Assembly (NCBI GenBank): GCA_934180065.1
Contig: CAKPRA010000004.1
Location: 4,786-68,785, forward strand
Reading direction: 5' to 3'
DNA from: an uncultured Clostridia bacterium
GTDB lineage: Bacteria > Bacillota > Clostridia > TANB77 > CAG-508
DNA: 64,000 nucleotides
Shown here: positions 1-9,900 of the stretch, piece by piece
Layout of the letters: each line of letters opens with the position of its first letter
How positions within the stretch are numbered: position 1 is the first letter of the stretch
Notes under the pieces: generated by a model
What the model saw: only the letters and a program-made list of their open reading frames with translations
Told to the model about the DNA's origin: nothing
Database searches by the model: none
Position numbers and translations under genes: made by a program

Positions 1-887
1 CAAGTATCAACTGGTACCCAGGCCACATGGCCAAAACCAAAAGACAAATAATAGAGGACTTAAAATTAGTAGACCTAGTAGTAGAAGTATTAGATGCAAG
101 AATACCAATTTCAAGTCAAAATCCAGATATCCAAGAATACATAAAAAACAAAAATAAAATAGAAGTACTAAACAAAGCAGATTTAGCAGATGATACACAA
201 ACAGCAAACTGGGTAAAATACTTTGAAAAGAATAATATTCCAGCTGTAATAACAGATTCAAACTCTGGCAAAGGAATACGAGAAGTAATTAAAAAAATCC
301 ATACTGTATCTGCCGAAACAAAGGAGAAATCTGCACAAAAGGGAAGAGCTGGAAGAAGTATAAGAGTATTAGTGCTTGGAATTCCAAATGTAGGAAAATC
401 ATCATTTATAAACAGAATTTCAAAGAAAACATCTGCAAAAGTTGGAAATAAACCAGGTGTTACTCGTCAAAAACAATGGATTCGTGTAGATGAGGGGATA
501 GAGCTAATGGACACTCCAGGTGTATTATGGCCAAAACTAGGAAGCGAAGAAGTTGCAACAAATTTAGCATTTACTGGAACAATAAAAGATGATATTTTAG
601 AAAAAACAGAAATAGCATTTTCACTATTAAAATATCTGGTAAAAAATTATAAACAAAATCTTTCTGAAAGATATAAATTAGATAATAAAATTGATGAAAT
701 AATGAATCAACCAGATGACATAGATGAAAATGACAAATATTTAGAAATATTTGAGCTAATTGGTACAAAAAGAGGTGCAATAATATCTGGTGGACGAGTT
801 GATTATGAAAAAGTTTCAGGAATATTATTGGACGAGTTTAGAAGCGGAAAATTAGGCAAAATAACACTTGAAACAGTTAAAATTTAA
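1..887 (+). CDS. rbgA: ribosome biogenesis GTPase A (YlqF/RbgA), 5' end lies upstream of the window
   Basis: In-frame translation from position 3 reads SINWYPGHMAKTKRQ, which matches the RbgA N-terminus. G-motifs are present (DARIP, GIPNVGKSS, DTPG). Confidence 0.85.
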   Translation, partial: SINWYPGHMAKTKRQIIEDLKLVDLVVEVLDARIPISSQNPDIQEYIKNKNKIEVLNKADLADDTQTANWVKYFEKNNIPAVITDSNSGKGIREVIKKIHTVSAETKEKSAQKGRAGRSIRVLVLGIPNVGKSSFINRISKKTSAKVGNKPGVTRQKQWIRVDEGIELMDTPGVLWPKLGSEEVATNLAFTGTIKDDILEKTEIAFSLLKYLVKNYKQNLSERYKLDNKIDEIMNQPDDIDENDKYLEIFELIGTKRGAIISGGRVDYEKVSGILLDEFRSGKLGKITLETVKI

Positions 888-1296
888 GGAGGAACTATTG
901 GAAGATTTAATAGAAAGAGCAAAATCTCCAGAAGAAATAAATATGTTATCACCATTAACATGGGCATATGTTGGAGATTGTATTTATGAATTATATATAA
1001 GAACAGATTTAGTAAATAAAACAAAATTAAAACCACATAAACTACATATTGAAACAATTAAATATGTAAAGGCAAAAGCACAAGCCGATATATTAAAAAG
1101 AATAGAAAAAAATCTAACAGAAAAAGAGCTAGAAATTGTGCGAAGAGGAAGAAATGCAGAAAATCATCATTTACCTAAGAATGCAGATCCAGCAGACTAT
1201 ATGTATTCAACAGCTTTTGAAGGTTTAATAGGTTATTTGTATTTAACAAAACAAGATGAAAGATTAAAGGAAATTTTTAAAATGTGTAAAGAATAG
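868..1296 (+). CDS. mrnC: mini-ribonuclease 3 (Mini-III)
   Basis: 142 aa. The LTWAYVGDCIYELY motif is the RNase III signature of Mini-III. Sitting next to rbgA fits the expected synteny. Confidence 0.8.
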   Translation: MKQLKFKEELLEDLIERAKSPEEINMLSPLTWAYVGDCIYELYIRTDLVNKTKLKPHKLHIETIKYVKAKAQADILKRIEKNLTEKELEIVRRGRNAENHHLPKNADPADYMYSTAFEGLIGYLYLTKQDERLKEIFKMCKE

Positions 1297-1404
1297 TATT
1301 TTTGTTTGAAATAGAAAATATCAAATAATTAAGAAGATAAATGATGTTTTAAACTAATCATTTATGAAAAACAATAATTAAACTTTGTATGAGAGGAAAA
1401 ATAA

Positions 1405-1995
1405 ATGAAAGAAATATTAATAATATGTGCAATGGAAAAAGAATCAAAAACAATAGCACAAGAGCTAAAATTAGAAAAAGTTACAGAAACTATATTTAGA
1501 AAAAATAATATATCACTACTTATATCAGGAATAGGAAAACAAAAAACAGCAATAAATTTAACAAAATATTTATGTGAAAATATCAGACCAGATTTAATAG
1601 TAAATATAGGATATGCAGGTTCAACAGACATAAAAATAGGAACTTGGGTAAATATAACTAAATCATATAATTACGAATGGAATATACCAGGAGAAGAAAA
1701 ATACAGTTTCTTAGACTATGGAAATCAAGAGCTAGAGCTAATAAAAAATACAGAAATACAAAAAGTAGAATGCTATTCAGCAGAAAGTTTTGTAACTAAA
1801 ACTGACTTAACAGGGCACTTAGCATTTGATATGGAACTTCATTCAGTAGCAGTAATAGGTGATATGTTCAAAATACCAGTAATGTCTTTAAAAAAGATAA
1901 GTGATAATTTAAGTTTAGAAGATTATTACGATAATACAGAGGATAATGAAAATGTATTTGAATTAAGTAGTTCATTAAAATTATTAGATTTGTAA
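1405..1995 (+). CDS. PNP/UDP-family nucleosidase (MTA/SAH nucleosidase-like)
   Basis: The N-terminal IICAMEKE motif resembles the MtnN IIGAMEEE motif. At 196 aa it is shorter than canonical MtnN. Confidence 0.5.
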   Translation: MKEILIICAMEKESKTIAQELKLEKVTETIFRKNNISLLISGIGKQKTAINLTKYLCENIRPDLIVNIGYAGSTDIKIGTWVNITKSYNYEWNIPGEEKYSFLDYGNQELELIKNTEIQKVECYSAESFVTKTDLTGHLAFDMELHSVAVIGDMFKIPVMSLKKISDNLSLEDYYDNTEDNENVFELSSSLKLLDL

Positions 1996-2007
1996 ATAAA
2001 AATTATG

Positions 2008-2040
2008 TGTCAAAGGGTTGACAACCTTCCCCATTGACAA
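2008..2040. repeat. degenerate REP-like element (gtgtcaaagggttgacaaccttccccattgacaa)
   Basis: Shares the CCCCATTGACAA end and the GTCAA...TTGAC arrangement with the dispersed repeat family. Confidence 0.4.
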
Positions 2041-2214
2041 AATTGGATTGTTTTATAGTTATTTAATAATACTAGAACAGATAGATAGAAAATGAATATG
2101 ATAAAATGAGTTTTATTAGTTGACAAGTGTTTTGTACTTTTGATATATTTTATTTATATAATTTTTATAAAAATTTAAAAACAAAAGCAAAAATTAAAAA
2201 GGAGGAATTTTATA

Positions 2215-2925
2215 ATGAAAAAAGCAGGAAAGATTATATTAATATTAGTGATTGTACTACTAATAGGAGGAATCATATGTGGAGTATATTTTTTATATAA
2301 AAATAATGAAGAATCAAACAAGAAAATTGCTGAACTAGAAAATAAAATTGCTACTATTAATAATGAAGATAAAAGCAATTCTTCAAACGAAGTAATAAAT
2401 GATAAAAAAAATAATAAAACGAATAATGAAATTAATAATAAAAAAATAACAGTAAAAGAATTTTCAGATAATGATGTAGTAGCAAGTAATGGATTAAAAC
2501 TTGGTATGTTTGGAGAAGACGTTATTAAGATTATAAAAGATGAACCATCAGATCATAAAACAATAAATGAAGATGCAACAGGAGATATTGTAAATCAAAG
2601 TAAATATGACAATTTAGGACTAGAATTAGAATACCGTAGTGAAGATGGAGAAGGAACACTAAGTAGTATAACATGGACAAAAAATAGCATAAAAACAGCA
2701 AGAGGTATAACAATAGGATCAACAGAATCTGAAGTATTATCTGCATATACAAAAGATTCAATACTTGCAATTGATAATGAGCAATCAGATGGTACTAAAA
2801 TAGTTACAATTGGATATAAAGGTGACGATCCAGTTTATAATGTAAATAACAAAAGTAAAATATTTATAACTATTTCGTCAGGAAAAGTTACTAAAATAGT
2901 TATAAGTTATGGACATTTAAATTAA
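2215..2925 (+). CDS. membrane-anchored hypothetical protein (N-terminal TM helix, Asn/Lys-rich linker, C-terminal GLKLG..FEDV domain)
   Basis: An RBS (aaggagg) lies upstream. The protein has a TM helix. Its C-terminal domain is paralogous to the lipoprotein at 3615..4280. Confidence 0.6.
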   Translation: MKKAGKIILILVIVLLIGGIICGVYFLYKNNEESNKKIAELENKIATINNEDKSNSSNEVINDKKNNKTNNEINNKKITVKEFSDNDVVASNGLKLGMFGEDVIKIIKDEPSDHKTINEDATGDIVNQSKYDNLGLELEYRSEDGEGTLSSITWTKNSIKTARGITIGSTESEVLSAYTKDSILAIDNEQSDGTKIVTIGYKGDDPVYNVNNKSKIFITISSGKVTKIVISYGHLN

Positions 2926-2951
2926 TACAATTTATAAGAGTAATTAATTAT

Positions 2952-2978
2952 AAAGAGAGAAGTTTAAATTCTCTCTTT
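2952..2978 (+). terminator. rho-independent terminator (aaagagagaagtttaaattctctcttt + T-run)
   Basis: Perfect hairpin followed by ttttgtttt. Confidence 0.6.
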
Positions 2979-3331
2979 TGTTTTATGTGTCAATATAGAT
3001 AAAGCCTTTGACAAATTTTAGCATGTTTCTTTTTTGGGATTTTGAGATTATCAAAAAGCTTCATTGATATTGACATTTTTTGAAAAATAAAAAAATGTTG
3101 ACTCATAAAAGTAATTAATATAGAATCAAGTAAAAGAGGAGGAAACAAAAAAGCAATGTTGAAAGTTAATGAAAATAAAATTAAGAAAGAATATAGTATA
3201 AAAGTAATTAGGCAAAAGAATAGAGCACTAAAAAAAGTGAAAAAATATATTTTTTGCGTTTTTTAAAGCCTACTGTTACAAAAGAAGAAAGTTGGTATGT
3301 AAAATAAAAAAATAAATAAAGGAGGATATTT

Positions 3332-3504
3332 ATGAAAAAGAAAAATTTTTTAATAGTTTTATCAATGATAATGTTATCGTTGATTTTATTTGGAAGTGTA
3401 GTAGATGCTGATAAAAAACAGCCAGCTAATTTATCGATTTCTGTTAATTCAACTGCAGTAAAAAAAGGTGACGAAGTAGAACTTAGTATTAGTGGAACAA
3501 ATAT
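3332..3504 (+). pseudogene. 5' fragment of a secreted Ig-like-domain protein, truncated by a REP pair
   Basis: A signal peptide is followed by NLSISVNSTAVKKGDEVELSISG. The ORF then reads into the REP (MGTELFDSF) and stops at 3556. Confidence 0.45.
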
Positions 3505-3587
3505 GTCAATGGGGACGGAGCTTTTTGACAGCTTTGGACATTTTAAAGCTGTTTAAAAGTTGTCAAAGAGAATCGTCCCCATTGACT
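3505..3587. repeat. inverted REP pair (BIME-like hairpin)
   Basis: gtcaatggggacggagctttttgacagc ... ttgtcaaagagaatcgtccccattgac. The two halves are reverse complements. Confidence 0.85.
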
Positions 3588-3614
3588 CGCATAATATTTT
3601 TAAGGAGGAGAAAA

Positions 3615-4280
3615 ATGAAAAAAACTATTTCAATTTTAGGTATAATTTTAATATTGACAGTCAGTTTTCTTGGTTTTTCAGGCTGTGGAAGCAAAGATGA
3701 AAACAAGGAAAAAAATGAAGATCAAAATGGTACTGCAATAGCAGGTAAAAAAGAAGAATCAAAAGATCCAATAAATGATAACGATTCATATTATTTTATA
3801 TATGATGGAAAGAAATTTAAAGCAGGAGATAAAGTTTCTAGTATAGAAGAAAAAACAGAATTGGTTTTAAGAGAAAAAGAAAAAACAGAAGATGTTCCAG
3901 CTAATAAATATATGATTGGTGCAGGATATATACAAACAGCAGAAAAGAAGACTTCTTTTTATGTAACACCATATAATACAGAAAATTCAGCAGTAAAAAT
4001 TCCAGATACATACATAGGCGGTTTTGATTTAAATTCAACTAATCTAAAAAATGATAGCAAATTAGCCGATGTTGAAGTTGTTGGAGGATTAAAATTAGGA
4101 TCTTCATTTGAAGATGTAAAAAAAGTATTCGGAGAAACTGAAGATATATATGAAGGAACAAATTATGATCAATATACATATAAATCAAAAGAAGTATATA
4201 GATCTTATGTATTCAAATTCAGTAAAGATGAGAAGAAAGTTATAGAAATTACTTGGAAAAACTTAGTTTTTAATAAATAA
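3615..4280 (+). CDS. lipoprotein (lipobox LGFSGC), paralogous C-terminal domain to 2215..2925
   Basis: An RBS (aggagg) lies upstream. Signal peptide plus Cys lipobox. The GGLKLGSSFEDVKKVF motif is shared with the upstream gene. Confidence 0.7.
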   Translation: MKKTISILGIILILTVSFLGFSGCGSKDENKEKNEDQNGTAIAGKKEESKDPINDNDSYYFIYDGKKFKAGDKVSSIEEKTELVLREKEKTEDVPANKYMIGAGYIQTAEKKTSFYVTPYNTENSAVKIPDTYIGGFDLNSTNLKNDSKLADVEVVGGLKLGSSFEDVKKVFGETEDIYEGTNYDQYTYKSKEVYRSYVFKFSKDEKKVIEITWKNLVFNK

Positions 4281-4308
4281 GTCAATGGGGACGGTTCTTT
4301 TTGACAAC
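4281..4308 (+). repeat. REP-like element
   Basis: gtcaatggggacggttctttttgacaac, starting immediately after the lipoprotein stop codon. Confidence 0.85.
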
Positions 4309-4335
4309 TTTAAAACTAACTTCTTCAGGCTCTTA

Positions 4336-4450
4336 GTCAAGAGTCTTGGTTAAGAAGTTAAAAATATGACTTTTGGTCAAGAGCTGGGATAAATGAGTTG
4401 AAAAATATGGCTCTTATTTAAGAGCTGGGGTGAATGAGTTGAAAAATACT
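4336..4450. repeat. three degenerate ~35-40 bp tandem repeats (aagagctggg.t.aatgagttgaaaaata)
   Basis: Direct visual alignment of three units in the convergent intergenic region. Confidence 0.6.
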
Positions 4451-4664
4451 TATTCGCTCTTTTTTTTTACCATTTTTAAAATTGTAAGCGAAATTAATGA
4501 TATTTTATTATAAGTATGCATTTTATAATACCTCCTTAGTGTTAGGTTTTGTTGCTTAAATTCTATAAGGTAATTTAAATAAGTGCATATTTGGGGCAAA
4601 AAACATGTTGGAGTTTTATCACCTAAACACTTATTATGTAAATCGTCTTAAAAATTCCTGAAGT

Positions 4665-4738
4665 TGTCAAAGAGAACCGTCCCCATTGACAAACTTGTCA
4701 AAGAGAACCGTCCCCATTGACTGCCCATTGACCGCCAT
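4665..4738 (-). repeat. two tandem REP-like elements in reverse orientation plus a CCATTGAC mini-array
   Basis: ttgtcaaagagaaccgtccccattgac occurs twice (4665-4690 and 4695-4721). It is followed by tgcccattgaccgccattg. Confidence 0.85.
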
Positions 4739-4741
4739 TGC

Positions 4742-6010
4742 CTAAATTCTGAGCAAACTAATCCATCTTTTAAATAAATAAGAACTCATATTTGCAAAAC
4801 TGTTTTTCTTTACAGTTTTATCTGAAACTATATCAACACTACATAACTGTTTTCCATCAAGAAAATAATTAATCTCTCCAATTTTTTCTCCTTTTGAGAT
4901 AGGAGCTGCTATAGTATCAGGAATATTTACTTCTTGCACTATTTTTGATTCCTGACCTTTTGGAATTAAAATGGATTTTGTATTTGAAAATGTAGCATTT
5001 ATTCTGCTCTCAACGCCCCTTTGTACAGATACAGTTTTTAATATATCATTGCTTGTTGATAATTGGCTAGATGTATAGTTTTTAAATCCATAATCTAGTA
5101 ATGTTTTTGCCTCTGAAAATCTAAGAGCTGTTGATGGAGCCTTCATTATAACAGCAATTAAATTCAAGTTATCTCTAGTAGCACTTGCAGATAAGTTATA
5201 TAATGCAAGACTTGTAGATCCTGTCTTTAAACCGGTGCAACCTTCATAATTTCTAACTAATTTATTTGTATTAACAAGTTGAGATTTTCCATCACGAATT
5301 GAATCCATCCAAATAGTGGTATAATTTTTTATTGAAGGGTGATTATTTAATAATTCTCTAGACATTATTGCAATATCATGAGCACTTGTAACATGACCAT
5401 CTTCATCAATACCATGGCAATTTTTAAAATGAGTATCATTCATTCCAAGCTCTTTAGCTCTAGCATTCATTTTTTCGACAAAATTTTCTGTACTTCCACA
5501 TAAATATTCAGCCATAGCAACAGTACAGTCATTTGCAGAAACAACACACATACATTTTAACATTTCATTAACAGAAAGATTTTCTGTTGTCGTAAGCCAA
5601 ATCTGTGAACCTCCCATAGAGCTTGCGTTTTCACTACATGGAACTTTATCATCAAGTTTGATTTTGCCAGAATCAAGCTCTTCCATAATTAGTAATATAG
5701 ACATTATTTTCGTCACACTTGCTGGGCGTAATTGCTCATGAATATTGTGCTCATATAAAATTTGACCAGAATCTTGGTCAATTAAAATAGCTGATCCAGA
5801 CTGTAAATTTAGAGGATTCTCTTTTGATGTATTATTTTCATTATTATCTGTATTTTGTGTATCTGTTTCACCTGTTGAAGTTTCTAATGTATCTTCATAA
5901 TTAGACCAAGCATATGAGTCTAAAGCCAAAGCAGTAGTATTTATGCTTGTTATAATTGATAAAATGAACAAAACAGATAATGTTTTTATAATTAAAGATT
6001 TATAGTTCAT
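4742..6010 (-). CDS. dacB: D-alanyl-D-alanine carboxypeptidase (serine-type, PBP5/6 family)
   Basis: Signal peptide. SxxK (ASVTK), SxN (SAN) and KTG motifs are present. The C-terminal domain is typical of PBP5. Confidence 0.8.
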   Translation of the reverse strand: MNYKSLIIKTLSVLFILSIITSINTTALALDSYAWSNYEDTLETSTGETDTQNTDNNENNTSKENPLNLQSGSAILIDQDSGQILYEHNIHEQLRPASVTKIMSILLIMEELDSGKIKLDDKVPCSENASSMGGSQIWLTTTENLSVNEMLKCMCVVSANDCTVAMAEYLCGSTENFVEKMNARAKELGMNDTHFKNCHGIDEDGHVTSAHDIAIMSRELLNNHPSIKNYTTIWMDSIRDGKSQLVNTNKLVRNYEGCTGLKTGSTSLALYNLSASATRDNLNLIAVIMKAPSTALRFSEAKTLLDYGFKNYTSSQLSTSNDILKTVSVQRGVESRINATFSNTKSILIPKGQESKIVQEVNIPDTIAAPISKGEKIGEINYFLDGKQLCSVDIVSDKTVKKNSFANMSSYLFKRWISLLRI

Positions 6011-6085
6011 AAAAGCCTCCGATTTTAATTAATTTATTAAAGTATATTAAAAATAAATAAAAAAATGAGTATTTACTGTTACTTT

Positions 6086-6814
6086 TTAGCCTAAGAAAAC
6101 TAATTTTATATATACTGTTTTTCCATCTGATGTAGCATAAATTTTTAGGTCTTTTGTGGAATTATTTTTAAATTTAAAATCCTTATTTCCGTGAGCAATT
6201 GCGGCATCTTTTCCTTCAGGAACATAATTTACTTTTTTACCATGAGGGTGACGCTCTGTAACTTCCAAATCAGGTACAGCAAGAACAGCATTATATAAAG
6301 TTGAACTAACTTGGCAATTTCCACCGCCAAGAGCCTGAATTACTTTCTCGCCAACAATAACATCAGCTTTTTTATATCCATCAGCTTCTGTAGATTTTCC
6401 GGTTGTTTCGCAAAAGGAGAATGTTTCACCTGCTTTTACAACAACATCATTTATTTTAGAGCATGTTAATTGAATATTATTCGCTCTATTACTTGATTTA
6501 GTTTTTATTTGTGTAGTAAATTCTGAAGCGACAGATTCTGTCTGAGCAGGTGGATTAGCAGGAGGTTGATTAACATCAGTATTATTATCTTGTGTAGGAT
6601 TATTGTTTTCATTTGTATTAGATGGATTTTCTAATGTATTTGGAGTTGAATTTTCAATAGGATTTTGATTATCTATAATGTTATTATTTGTAATTGAAGT
6701 ACTGGTTCGATTTACAGAAACATTTGAGTTTGTGTCAGGTGTTTTTTTATTTTCACACCCAGTAAAAGCCAGTAAAGTCAAAAAAACAGTAAATGTAATA
6801 CATATTTTTTTCAT
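6086..6814 (-). CDS. VanW-family lipoprotein
   Basis: Lipobox (AFTGC). The C-terminal GGGNCQVSSTLYNAV motif is the VanW domain signature. The linker is Asn/Thr-rich. Confidence 0.65.
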   Translation of the reverse strand: MKKICITFTVFLTLLAFTGCENKKTPDTNSNVSVNRTSTSITNNNIIDNQNPIENSTPNTLENPSNTNENNNPTQDNNTDVNQPPANPPAQTESVASEFTTQIKTKSSNRANNIQLTCSKINDVVVKAGETFSFCETTGKSTEADGYKKADVIVGEKVIQALGGGNCQVSSTLYNAVLAVPDLEVTERHPHGKKVNYVPEGKDAAIAHGNKDFKFKNNSTKDLKIYATSDGKTVYIKLVFLG

Positions 6815-6953
6815 AAAATTTTAATCCTTTCTTTTATAGGTATTTTTTTTATTATTTTCAATTGAGAGAAAAAATATTCAAAATTTAAAAAATGAAATTG
6901 TAATAAAAACTTAAAGATGATATTATATAAATGCAAAAGATAAGGAGGAAAAA

Positions 6954-9900
6954 ATGGCAGACGTTAAGTGGACAAATGAACAAAAAGATGCAATATTTGA
7001 CAAAGGTTCAAACATATTAGTAGCAGCAGCTGCTGGAAGTGGTAAAACTGCGGTATTAGTAGAGCGTATTATTAACAAGGTTATAAATGAAAATGTTGAT
7101 ATAGATAAAATTCTAGTAGTTACTTTTACAAATGCTGCAGCAAGTGAAATGAGAGAGCGTATACTAGAAGCTATTTATAAAAAAATGGAAGAGCTTCCTG
7201 ATAATAAAAACTTACAAAAACAAGTTATTTTAATTAATAAAGCAAGCATTTGTACAATAGATTCATTTTGCTTAGATGTTATAAGAAACAACTTTTTTGA
7301 AATAGATGTATCTGCAAATTTCAGAGTAGCAGATACAACCGAAATAGAGCTATTAAAACAAGAAGTGATTGATGATATTTTTGAGGAAAAATATATATCA
7401 AATGATAAAAAATTCTTAAAATTAATAAACACATATACAACATACAGAGATGATGAACCCCTAAAAGAGCTGTTATTGAATATTTTTCGATATATCCAAA
7501 GCAACCCATTTCCAAATCAATGGCTTCATGAAAAAATTGAAATGTTTAATTTAAATAAATCTGATGATTTTTCAAATACTTTATGGGGAAAGATTTTATT
7601 AGAAAATTTAAACCAAGAGCTTTCAGATTATGTTATAAATTTAAAGAAAATAGAGCGTGATTTAGCAAGATTTGAAGAGCTAGAAAAATACAGATTAGTA
7701 ATTAGTGAAGATATAATAAATTTAGAATATGTGCAAGAAAATCTTGGCTCATGGGACAATGCCTATGAAAAAGCTTCAAATATAAAATGGACAAATTGGC
7801 CAAAAGATTCAAAAATTACATTAGAGCTAAAAGAAACAGCAAAAAGCTTAAGAGATTCTATAAAAAATAAATACAAAAAAACTATTTCTAAAGTTTTATT
7901 ATATAATTCTAAAGAGGCTAATGAAAACATTTATAATATGTATGAAATATTAAAAGATGTAGAAACATTGGTATTAGAGTTCTCAGAGCAGTTTGCTTTA
8001 AGAAAAAAAGAAAAAAATATGGTAGATTTTAATGATATAGAGCATTTTGCGTTAAATATTTTAGTAAAAAGAAATGATGATGGAACAATTGAAGAAACCG
8101 ATATTGCTAAAAAATATAAGGAAAAATTTACCGAAATAGCAATAGATGAATATCAAGACAGTAACTATGTGCAGGAATATATATTAACAAGTGTATCTAA
8201 AGGAAATAATGTTTTCATGGTAGGGGACGTAAAACAAAGTATTTATAAATTTAGACAAGCATGTCCAGATTTGTTTTTAGAGAAATATAATAAATATAAT
8301 CTGAAAAATGAAAATATAGTTAATGGTCAAAAAATTCAATTGTTTAAGAATTTCAGAAGTAGGTCAAATATTTTAGATGTTACAAATATAATATTTGAAA
8401 ATATTATGAGCGAAAAACTTGGAGATATAAAATATGATAAAACCGAATTTTTAAATTTAGGTGCAGATTATAAAGAACCATCAGATTCTGAAATAAAAAA
8501 TTTTGCAGGGAAAACTGAGCTTCATGTAATTGATTTAAAAGAGCCGGAAATTAATGTTTTTAAAGACATTCAAGAAGATGAAGAGGAAGAAGATAATTCT
8601 AATCAAGAAAGAATAGAAGATGTTGTATTAGAAGCAAGGTTTGTTGCTAGAGAAATCAAAAAATTAATTGATAGTGACTATATGGTTTTTGATAAAAAAA
8701 CAAAAGAATATAGACACATTACATACAAAGATATAGCCCTTTTGTTAAGAGCAACATCAGTAACAGCTCCTATATATGAAAATGAAATAGCTAAATTGAA
8801 TATGCCAGTTTTTAGTGATGTATCTTCTGAATATCTTGAATCAATGGAAATTCAGACCATAATGGCAACATTAAAAATCATAGATAATCCAATGCAAGAC
8901 ATTCCACTTGTAACAGTTTTAAGGTCTGTAATTGGAGGGTTTACAGATAATGAATTAGTAAAGATTCGTTTAAAAAATAAAAAGCAATCATTTTATAAAT
9001 CACTAGAAGAATATGATGGTGATGATAATTTAAAATCAAAGATTGATGTTTTTTTACTTAGTATAAAAAAGTGGCAAGAGCAAGAAAAATACATGGCTCT
9101 TGATGAGCTTATTTGGCAAATATATATAGATACACAATTTTATAATTATGTAACATTAATGCCAAATGGAGCATTAAGACAAGCTAATTTGAAAATGCTT
9201 TTTGAAAGAGCAAAACAGTATGAAAGCGCTAGTTTTAAAGGGTTATTTAATTTTATAAGTTTTATAGATAAACTTCATACAAGCAGTGGTGACCTATCCT
9301 CTGCAAAATTAATTGGAGAAAATGAAAATGTAATTAGAATAATGAGTATTCATAAAAGTAAAGGTCTAGAATTTCCAGTTGTCTACTTATGTGGAACAGG
9401 AAAACAGTTTAATATGCAAGATTTAAATAAAAATATTTTATTACATCAAGATTTGGGAATAGGACCTAAATATATAAATAACGAGAGAAACATTGAGTAT
9501 AATACTTTGGCAAAAGAAGCCATAAAAATACAAACAAAATTAGAATCTTTATCTGAAGAAATGAGAGTATTATATGTGGCTCTAACAAGAGCAAAAGAAA
9601 AGCTTATAATAACAGGAATTTGTAAGGATGCAGATAAATCATTTAAGGAAAAGCAAGACTTAATTAGCACTTATAAAGCTGTATCAAATAACAATGAAAT
9701 AAGTGCATCAATTATAAAACAATATAAAACATATTTGGATTGGATTACATTAGTTTATTTTAATAATATAAATATTATAAAAGATTATATAGATTTAGAA
9801 ATACATAAAAAAACTGATTTAATAAAAGAATTTGAAAAAAGTAAAGAGCAAGTTCTAGAGCGTGATATTTTCAAAGAGCTTAAACAAAAATCTAAAAATG

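Noticed and set aside
7175-7515. Antisense ORFs inside addA (7175..7504, 7321..7515, 9446..9670, 9785..10066). Similar shadow ORFs inside other genes: 15765..16229, 21472..21967, 31752..32132, 36524..36880, 44780..45253, 56614..56886, 58595..58936, 59063..59416.
   Set aside because: They lie wholly within well-supported longer genes on the opposite strand. They are low-complexity, which is typical of AT-rich shadow frames.
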